A DNA stretch of 64,000 nucleotides from Isurus oxyrinchus. Taxonomy: Eukaryota. The stretch lies in contig JANJGN010000007.1 in assembly GCA_026770705.1 (NCBI GenBank), forward strand, positions 109,492,001 through 109,556,000. Reading direction: 5' to 3'. Below are positions 38,143 to 48,900 of the stretch, piece by piece. The notes under the pieces were generated by a model, which saw only the letters and a program-made list of their open reading frames with translations, had not been told where the DNA came from and ran no database searches. Each line of letters starts with the position of its first letter. Within the stretch, counting starts at the first letter, position 1. Both the position numbers and the translations under genes were made by a program.

Positions 38143-41100
38143 ATATCCTAGTGTTGTGTATGTGTTGTGTTTACCTAACCATTCAATAAAGACTCTAATA
38201 TATCTAGAAAATGCGCATCACTAATTTGTATGGCCTTGCAATGCCAGCTAGAGGCCAGGGGCAAAATAAGAAAAGAATTTCGTAACACAGAGTCTGATCC
38301 ACAATGGAAGAAGGTTTCAGGCACCTAAATGCAAACAACACTGAAATCATTGAAGAGGCAAATGGATGCTGTAACAGAGAAACTGTAGATTTCTAGCTGG
38401 AAGAACTGGGATCATCAAGTGTTTTTTTTTCCAGGTAAAGCTACTTGTTCATAAGGCTTAGAATTACCTGCGCCTGAACTTCGCACTTGCCCTAAAATTG
38501 AAGCCATCCATAAAAATTAGAGAAAAGATTTATTATATTGAGAAGATATTTTTGTTAAAAAAAACATTTGTGCTTCAGCTCCCGATCTTTTGGTTATGTC
38601 AGGTCAGCAAGTCAGAGCCGCGTTTATATTGCGTGATCATCGATTGGAAACAATAAGATCCAAGAGTGAACTGGGTTCCGCGTCAATACCTTGTTGGGCA
38701 ATGAGACCTCCGGCAAATAAATCATTCGAATATTCAAGAAGTGTGACAAGGAGAAACCCCTCCCCTTTAAATATCCGCACTGCGTGCAATAAGATTGATA
38801 CTGCTCGAAATTTGCATCGACCGCGTATCAAAACCAAGTAACCTGAGGGTTCATTTACACCCTGTTGGTAGTATTGAGGATGAACACTTCTTTCATTTGT
38901 GATGAACAATAGCGCTGTCAATCTGAATCCATCTGCAGACCCAACAATAGAACCTCTGCGTGTTTGGAGTCCCAACTGAGATCACGGACTGCGACTAAGG
39001 AGGGAAAAAGTGAAACGGATAGAAAGGAAGAGTAGAAAGGGTAAAATAACCCAAATCATAGTAATCGTTTCATGTCGACATATCTTGTAATGTTAACAGA
39101 GGTACTGTTCAATGATTTATTTCATTTTACGCACAACACAATCAGCCATTAGAGGCGGGAGTTTTAGGTACAAAGTTGACATTTTGCTCTCCCTCGTCCA
39201 TCAGTGCATAATCAGATCTACCACATAACCAATTGATCTTCTCTATGCACGAATTTCAAGCTAAGTTCACGACATCTGAGGAGGACTGACAATCCTCACT
39301 GCGTAAACATTATTTCAATGGACAATAGGGCTTAGAAAATAATGACTTCCCTATGCCGCGTTGTTTATCGTTGCAATTTGGGAGTCATTTGTTTCATGAG
39401 CCGCCAGCGAGTTAGAGAAATATTTGAAAGACCCGTGCTTCCTCTGAGGTTGAAACGACCATCTGGTATAGCTGGTCACAGTATCAAGAGACACCCTTCT
39501 TCTATCTTAGGTAAAAACCTCAAATGGTAAAATAGTTAATAGGTCACAGAGAAAGAAATTGGTCAGGTAATTATTAGGGTGCACGTGTATCAAAAGTGCG
39601 TGTTCCTGAATATTTCTGAAATAAGGCAGAAACTGCCTTTTCTTTGCTAAGCTTGTAACCGTTGCAGATGTACTTGACTGTAGATGATTGAACATGTACA
39701 TCTGCGTGTATCTAACTGTCTGTGGTGGCAAGCTTAATTTTCATTCAGCTTCGTTTCTGCCTTAGTAGACAGGAGAAAGTTAATTTCCCGCGGCTAGAAG
39801 CATCTCTGTATCTTGGCTATAAATGCCATCGCCTTAACGCTAGGCCGGATGCAGACATTGTTTCCATTATTTGCGAAGTATACATTCTGTAAATGTCACG
39901 CTATCTTTATACACTAAAATCTCCACCGGAGGTACTACAGTTAGGGCCACGCCGATTACTCCGGATGACGCTGTCAGTGAGATACACAGCTGTTTATTTG
40001 GAGCCGGAGACCTAATTCTTATGTCTGCAATGTATTGTATATAACTGAGAGCCCACCTTGTTGTCTCTCACACATGTAGCCATGGTGCAAAATTCATGAA
40101 GCGCCGTGCTCATGGAATTGTGAACAATGGGATCGTGATTGGTAACAAGGAGTTGGCTGTGCGTTAGGGTGCAGGTAGCGAAATGATTAATTTTACCCCT
40201 GCTGAGCCTTCCAAGACTGTTCTAATTGATATGTTGACCTTTTAAAGAATGCAAGTATTTTAATGCTGCAAATTAAATGCCATTTCATAGGGTAGGCTCA
40301 GACACTCTGATTTTGGCTTGAGTGCTTGTGTCCCCGTCAAGCGTACGTGTTCGGCAGTATTCAGGCTTCTGTTTGTGGTCTCTAACTTTTCCATTGTCTT
40401 GAATGCAATAAAATGCAATATGTTCTTGAACGGAAAGTACAATTTTCCAACATATCCAAGTGGTATGCAAAGAATCACCATGTGGATGAAGCTGAATAGC
40501 AACATATCCCATAACAAATCCTTTACAAACTATGGTGCTGGGATAACATTAATTGCCAGCTCTGCTCTGAAAATTGCTACAATTAAAAGGCAATTAAATA
40601 AAATTTCCATTACTTTAACTAAATCATTTTGACATTTTAGAAATCTGTTCACAACTTACAAATTGGATGCCATGTGATAAATTCTGATAGCATTACAGTA
40701 CGTTAAATTCAACCACGTGCATAGGCAGGCTTAGCGGACTGAAACTTGTGTGTAGATAAATAAACGACCTGAAATAGTATTTAGGCAAATGTTGCAACTA
40801 CCTCTCTCTCGTCGTTCCCCAAAGCGAAGAGGACGTTTGATACGAAGTACAGACCGTATCAGGAATCTGCGCTTGTTGTCCTTTAAAGTAAGGAGGCTAT
40901 CGCGCTGCAGCTATTGCACGCTCCTGGCTGACCAGGAGACTCACCCGCTCCTGCCATAGGCAGGGTTTTCAGATTGATAATCATCCTGTTTGACCGCGTT
41001 ATGAACGCAGCTACTGGGGCCATCAAATCGGGGAGTGGGACACAACCCGGGAGTTTATGGCTCAGAGGTAGAGACACCAGCAATGATCTAGTATAGCATG

Positions 41101-41659
41101 GGAAAGTGAAAAAAAAATGAAACAATTCAGCCACCTTAAGGTGGCGCAATGGCAGATTCAATTTCAAATGAGTTTGGAAAGTTTACAATGGAAAATATCA
41201 AATATAATCTCCGCTTCAAGTAAACATTGTCTGTCTCTGCAATTGCACTGAACCGTGTGACGCAATGACCGTTGCTACGTAGCACCAGAAACATTTTTAG
41301 AGTGCTGCAATTAACACCTAAATTTAAAACTTGCACTGCTGCAGCGGAGATAAGCTATCGAGCAGTGTCTAGTTTTAGAAACCCGAACGCCGGTGTCAAT
41401 GTTTCGCAATATCTCTAAATATTGCAAAACCACAAGGCGGAATGCTTAGCTAATCGCTCGCACACATTAACTTTTTCACTGCTCACGAACTTGTCATGCT
41501 TCATTATCTCGTCATCAAAATAACGGTGCAACACATGCTGTTATTACACGAGAAAACCGAATGCGACAATAATTTGAAACATAATCGTAGTTAACCAGCA
41601 GTTGATCATTTAGTTACAGTTAATGGGCCCTCTATCACTCTAGACAAAATTTGCCACAC

Positions 41660-42350
41660 ATTTGTAGAAAAACAAATTCATCAAGACCAACGAACGGTAG
41701 ATTGTGCTTGTTTTCTCTTAGAGAACTTAGAAGAAATAACAGATGGAAAATACAAAGTGAAGTTTGTGGATGTGATTTGCATGGGTTTTCGGAAGGCTTT
41801 TGAAAATAAATCATGAAAGAGACTTCACCCCAAGGAAGTAAGTTGAAGCTGGTCACAAGGACAGCAATGTGCCTGCAGGTAGAAAGCAAAGCGCAATTGC
41901 AAAAGCAAGCTCCCAGAAATGGAAATGTTTGATGACTGATGTTACACAGCCGCCTGATTTGGTGCTGTTCTTCTTTACGAGGCGTATAAGTTACCGGTTC
42001 ACCAGAATTTTTGGAATAACAGCCAAATTTGAAGCAATTATCCAATGGGAAGGGGTGTATGGTGAATGTGAAATCCCACAGAGGAACAGATAGACATTGC
42101 AGTTCGGCCGGTTAAGCAACAAATGTAGGAATTTGAAAAAGGTTTGCACTTTTGCTTGGAGATAAACGCCAAGAACCTTAAATAGTTGGATTTCAAATTG
42201 TGTAGTAGAGCATTGGCCTTGCGGTGTAGATGCATAAGCCTTTGAAGATGTTATCACAAAATGCCACATGGAGTGTATTTTTGCGTCGAGGCCTAAATAG
42301 AATAACAGGTGGAGTTAATGTTGTACTTGACTTTATTAGACTGTAATTGA
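41660..42350 (+). mobile_element. Old CR1 RT remnant
   Basis: VDVICMGFRKAF resembles the CR1 motif VDVVYLDFQKAF; highly diverged. Confidence 0.5.
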
Positions 42351-42933
42351 TTTGTTAAGCCATGAACGTCCTTTTAAAGAAGCATACGGAAAAGTATGTA
42401 AGTAGATGTAAGAAATCCATTTATATACATGATAATAAGATAGCTACAGCATGACGATAAGCATGTCAAGCATATCTTGTAACTTACGGCAGTATGTAAT
42501 AGTTATATTTCAGATAATAGAAAGTTAACATGAAAATTATTTTCATTACATGAATATATTTCCGACTAATTATCTTCAAATCATTAAAGAGCCAAAGTGG
42601 CTATTTTATATACTGTGATATTAGAATGTGTCACGTCCCAGTGATTGGATAATAAAGTTATACACGCGCATGGGGATAACTTGCCCCTTCACTGCTTAAG
42701 CGGTAAACTGTGGCATCGGATCCCGGCTCTTTCCAACCCGCCATATTCATCTTCAGTGAAATTGATATGGATGCGGGGCACATTAGTCTACAACAGCAGC
42801 CGATTTCTGCGTCCAAAACTGTTTTTCCGTAAACCTTTGTGTTTTCGTCTGTAACTCAGCATACCTTGTGCTTCTTTTATCATTTCTACATTATCTCCTG
42901 TCTCCAATCCAAACAATTCTAGAGCTGCACATG

Positions 42934-42963
42934 TTATCTTGTCCGGGCCATCCCTTGTTTTAT
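42934..42963 (-). CDS. Gene C terminal exon coding part IKQGMARTR* (frameshifted relative to gene A)
   Basis: tttcag|ATAAAACAAGGGATGGCCCGG aligns to gene A ACTGAACAAGAAATAGCCCGA; out-of-frame remnants ITCAAL and TRYAEL follow. Confidence 0.75.
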   Translation of the reverse strand: MKQGMARTR

Positions 42964-45900
42964 CTGAAAATACAACATTTGAATATGTCGTTGATTGGTC
43001 GTTTTTACCAGTATGCAGTTTCTATTCAAGGCAGAGTCATCAGAATATTATACAAACAGGTTTAGAGACAACACACAGTAAAAGTCACAGTTACGTCAAA
43101 TACTCGGCCACTTCAATAGCGATGACACTTCACAAGTAATCGATATTTCTCTCACAACAAAAACAGAATTACCTGGAAAAACTCAGTAAGTCTGGCAGCA
43201 TCGGCGGAGAAGAAAAGAGTTGATGTTTCAAGTCCTCATGACCCTTCAACAGAACTCGAAACAAGAGGGATGGAATTTCAGTTGAAATCCACGTGGGGTA
43301 AGTCGGAGACGGAGACAGTCACTGAGAAAGGAGATATGCTGTGAAAGCGGGTTTTAGTAAACACCTTGTCAAACACCAGGAGAGAAATGGAAGGTGAACA
43401 AGGCAAAAGAGAGATACGGAAATCTTGTCGCAGCGACGAACAAAACTTCTTCAACGTAGGCATTAGAGCTCTGTTGAAGGGTCATGAGGACTCGAAACGT
43501 CAACTCTTTTCTTCTCCGCCGATGCGGCCAGACCTGCTGAGTTTTTCCAGGTGATTCTGTTTTTGTTTTGGATTTCCAGCATCCGTAGTTTTTTGTTTTA
43601 TCTCGATATTTCTCTCACCTACTTCTCAGACCCACCTGAGCATACGCTGTCACCTCCTGTTCACCTTTTTGTCTTGGAGTTTTAGTGGACTTTTTCAAGG
43701 CTACTGCAGCATATGTCAGGACCTTGTCCTCAGCTCTCTGCATGAGACAGAAAGAAAATATTTTGTTATCCTGTTAGTTAATTGGTGTCACCAGTTTACA
43801 AATTTTTTATACGTTTAGACAAGTGACAGTTTCAGCATGTTGGGCCTGTAATCTCAGCTCTCAAAGACTGGCTGTATTTAAGATTATTACATAGCTGTGT
43901 GTTAATGAAGCAACTAATTTCAATTTTCATCTTTCTTTACCCACCTTCAGCAGCATCCCAACAAATGTCAAATAATTTTCAAAACGCGATTTTAATGACA
44001 AATCCATAGAGGCAACAGTTTTTGCGAAATAGTTTGTGACGAAGTACCTCGATTATAACAAGATTTTTATAAATTAGAATCCTGTTCCTGGATCAACAAT
44101 TTGAACTTACCAGCTCTTCACTGGGGTTCATTATTGTTACACTTTCTTCTTTGCCTGGAAAATAATGTAATTTAATTACTTTCAATGATTACAATATTTA
44201 GTCACTTTCTATATTTGTACTTTCAAAAGTACTTTTAGAGGCTAGGTAAAGTTTGACGCAAACACGCACACGCACACATACACACACGTTTATATATATA
44301 TATATATATATATGCCAGGTCAGTGCTGCAGCTGGGATGAAAAAAACAAACTCTATGGATTTTATTTAAATAACTAAAGGGGGCAACCGAAAAAGACCAA
44401 GGGTTTAGTTGACTGAACGCAATAATTCAACGTAGAGCAGCAATGAGAAAACTAATAAAGAGGGGTAACATTGATTATGAAAGTAATTTGGCAAGAAATA
44501 TTAAAAAAAAACAAACAGGAAGAGCCTCTACGAATATAGAAAAAGAGAGTAGCTAAGGTGAACATGGGGCCCTTGGAGGATGAGACTTCAGATTTGATAA
44601 CTGGGAACAGGGAAATGGCAGATAATTTAAACCAATATTTTTCACTGGCCTTCGTGATGATTTCAAAGATAAGCAAGGAGCTAATGGGAGGAATGATCAT
44701 GTAGCAGTCTCTATCACGAAGGACAAAGTATTTGAGAAACCATTGCGGATAAAGGCATAAAAGTCGCCAGGACCTGATGGCCTGCATCCAAGGGTTTTAA
44801 AGGAAGTGGCTGCAGATATAGTGGAGGCATTGGTCGAAATATTCCAGAACTCTCTGGATTCCGGAAAGGTCCCAGGAGATTGGAAAACTGCTAATGTGAC
44901 GACCCTGTCCAAGAAGGGAGGGAGACAAAAAGCAGGAAACTATAGGCAAGTCAGCCTAACATCTGTCATTGGGAAAATGCTAGAGTCTATTATTAAGGAA
45001 GAAATTGCAGGACATTTAGAAAAGCTTAACACAATCAAATAGAGTCAACATGGCTTTCTTAAAGGGAAATCATGTTTGACAAACTTGCTAGAATTCTTTG
45101 AGGATATAACAAGCAGAGCTGATAAATAGGAACTGGTAGATGTAGTGGCTTTGGATTCCCAGGAGATATTCGATAAGGTGCCATGTTAAAGGTTATTGCA
45201 CAAGATAAGAGATCACTGTATTTGGGGCAATGCATTAGCATGAATTGAGGATTGGTTAACTCACAGAAGACAGAGAGTCAAATTAATGGGTCGCTTTCAG
45301 GTTGGAAATACGTAACTACTGGAGCGCCACAACAATCAGCCCTAGAGCCTAAATTATTTACTATCGGTATTGATGATTTGGAGGAGGGGCAGAGTGTAAT
45401 ATATCCAAATTTGCTGAAGATGCAAAAATAGAGGAGAGGACATGTTGTGATGAGGACATAAGAAATCTTCGTGGGGATATAGACAGGTAGAGTGAGTGGG
45501 CAAAAACTTGGCAGGTGAAGTTTAATGTGAGAAAGTATGTGGTCATGCACTTTTGTAGGAAAAATCAAAAGGCAGGCAATTATTTAAATGGAAAGAGACT
45601 CCAAAGAAGTGCAGCACAAAGGGATCTGTGTGTGAGCATGAAACTCAAATAGTTAGCATGCAGGTGCAGCTGGTAATTAAGAAAGCAAATGGAATGTTGG
45701 CCTGTATTGCTAGGTGGTTGGAGTTTAAAAATAGGGAAGTCTTGTTACAACTGTACAACTGGTGAGGCCGCAACTGGAGTACTGTGTACAGTTTTGATCC
45801 CCGTATTTAAGAGAGGATACACTTGCATTAGAAGCTGTTCAAAAGAGATTCACTAGGCTGATTCCTAGCATGAAGGGGTTGACTGATCAAGAACGGCTGA

Positions 45901-48900
45901 AAAGGTTAAGCCTTTATTCTTTAGAGAATGAGGAGCGATCTTATTGAAACGTACACGATTCTGAGGGGCTTTACAGGGTAGATGCTCAGAAGATGTTTCT
46001 ACTAGTGGGGGAATCTCGAACTAGGGGACATAATTAAAGAATAAAGGGACACTCATTTAAAAATGAGATGCGAAGGAATTTCTTCTCTCAGAGGATAGTG
46101 AATGTCTATAATTCTCTACTCAGAGAGTTGTGGAGGCTAGGTCACTGCAAGCATTTAAAGAGGAGGTGGATAGGTTTTTGGAATATCAGGGAGTTGAGGG
46201 CTATGAGGAGCAGGCATGAAAGAGGAGTTGAAGCCTGGCGCAAAACAGCCATGATCTTATTGAATGGTGGAGCAGGTTTGAGGGGCCTAATGGCCTAATC
46301 CTGCTCAGATTTCTTATATCATTCTGTTCTTATAAGACATTAAACTACACAGACAAGAAAATGTAATGCAAGTCATACGAGGGAACGATCAACCTGCAAA
46401 GTGCTCTAGTCAGCCGGACCACTGAACACTGTAACCAATTTTGATCATTAATGATCGCTCAAAGAGCTACCGGCTAGTGGGTTATGTGGGCACTTGGAAT
46501 AAATTTGACCCATGAGCCTGCAAAGGAAGCGGCTGCACCCTGCCTTTTGTAATGTAAATTCACGAGAACACTAAGCGTGCAGAAAAGCCGAACCATCATA
46601 TTGTTTAATTTATTGGCAGGAAGTGGGTGTCCACTTGTACTTGTCCTTAGCTAGAAACAACTAGACGACTTGCGTGACCACTTCACAGGCTATTTAAGAA
46701 CTGAGCTTACTGATGCAGAACTGGAGTCAAATGTAGTTCAGGCCGCATTGAACCGCTGAGATTCCGCCTGGAAAGGACTTTAATCAGTTACTTGGCATTT
46801 TGTGACAGCCCTCAAATTAATTGTACTGACTTTGTCTTTTTTTAAAATGAATCAAAAAACCTTCCCCATCTACTCAGGATTATCAATCCAGGCCTTTGTA
46901 TTACTCGTGCAGTAACATATGCACTACAGTGCCATACCCATATATTACCACATGTAACTTTGGAGGCTGAACAGTTAACAGAGGTAATATCATAAAGTCA
47001 GAAGTGGGAATGTTCGCTGATGCTTGTACATTGTACTGCACAATTCGTGACTCCTCAGATACTGAAGCAGTTCATGTCCAAATGCAGAGACACCTGGACA
47101 ATATCCAAGTCTTGGGCTGACAAGTGGCAAGTAACAGTGCAGCCAAGCAAGTGCCAGGCAATGACCATCTCCAACAAGAGAGAATTTAACCATCACCCCT
47201 TGATGTTCAATCGTATTACCATCACTGAATCCCCCACTATCAACATCCTGGGGTTTATCATGGACCAGAAACTAAACTGGAATAGCCATATAAATGCTGT
47301 GACTATAGGAGCACGTCAGAGGCTAGGAATCCTGCGACGAGGAACTCACCCCCTGACTCCCCAAATCCTGTCCACTATCTACAAGGCACAAGTCAGGAGT
47401 GTGATGGGATACTCCCCACTTGCCTGGATAAGTGCATTACCCACAACACTCAAGAAGCTTGACACCAGCCAGGACAAAGCAACCGGCTAAATTGACAACA
47501 CATCCTCAAACATTCCATCACTCCTCCACCGATGCACTGTAGCAGCAGTGTGTACCGTCTACAAACGCACTGCAGGGCTTCACTAAGGCTCGTTAGACAT
47601 CACCATCCAAACCCACGACCACATTGATCTAGAAGGACAGGGGCAACAGGCACATGCGAACACCACCACCTGGAAGTTCCCCTCCAAGTCACTCACCATC
47701 CTGACTTGGAATTATATCGCCGTACCTTCACTGAATCCCCCACTATCAACATCCTGGGGTTTATCATGGACCAGAAACTAAACTGGAATAGCCATATAAA
47801 TGCTGTGACTATAGGAGCAAAATCCTGGAACTCCGTCCCTAACAGCACTGAGGGTGTACCTACACAAGTGGACTGCAGTGGTTCAAAAAGGCAGCTCAAC
47901 ACCACATTCTCAAGAGCAACCAGGGATGAAGAATAAATGCTCGCTCAGCCAGCGAAGCCCACACCCCGTGAATGAATCAAAACAATGATAATTCTTTCCC
48001 ACACGGAGAACAATGTCAGGAATAAACTTGCATTTGCACCAAATCAGTAAAGCTTCCTCAGAGCACTTAACAAATGTTTGGATTTTGCATTAAACATTCC
48101 ACATTTCTGGGATGGAGCAAGTAGCTTTCCTGTCTTCACTTCTTATGGTAACCTAAATTTTCTGGAGATTGTTCAAAACCCGAATCCACGAAGTCATTAG
48201 TAAGAAGAATAGCGAGAGGACACTGGCAACATTTGTCATGTACCCGAATGTGGACATTTCCCTTGGTAATACAAAAAACAATCAGGTTCTTTCCAGTCTA
48301 ATTCTGTGAGAGATCTTACATTATAAGATTATGAATTCAATCCCGTTTTGCAGCACACGATTTCAGTTTCTGTTGCATCAAATAAGTAGCAATTGCGCTA
48401 TACTTATGCAGTGCCTCCTAGCATGATTTTTCTGTAACCCCTGAAGATTGGCATTGAAATCAAACGATTAAAGTAATACTCACCTCTCTTCTTCAAACAG
48501 AATCTCGTCCCAATGATGATCATGAATACCAGAATAGCCAGTCCACCCACCGCACATCCAGAAATCCATTGTTTGCCGTCAGGATCTGCAAGATTAAAAT
48601 AATTGGTGCTGGGTTCTAATCTATTTCGGTCACTAATTAAAAAGAGACATCGAAATAATCTGTTGGTTAAACTACTCGGCATATTTTCTGCAACTAGGCC
48701 GTATCTCCGGAGGAGAGCGATATTTCAAAATATTCTTAATTTATCTGTCTAGATCTTATGGCAAAACGAACTTCTTCTCACAAAGGATAACACAAGACCG
48801 GAATGATGTGCGAGGGGGAGCACTCGTTTTGGGTGTTCTAAGCATTGATATGCGGGTTAAAATTCTGCTGAGTACATTTCCATGTAGCGAAAGATTTGTT

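Noticed and set aside
38637-38996. Strong minus-strand acceptor and a 112-aa ORF between genes B and C
   Set aside because: No recognisable domain or matching donor; at most a UTR exon.
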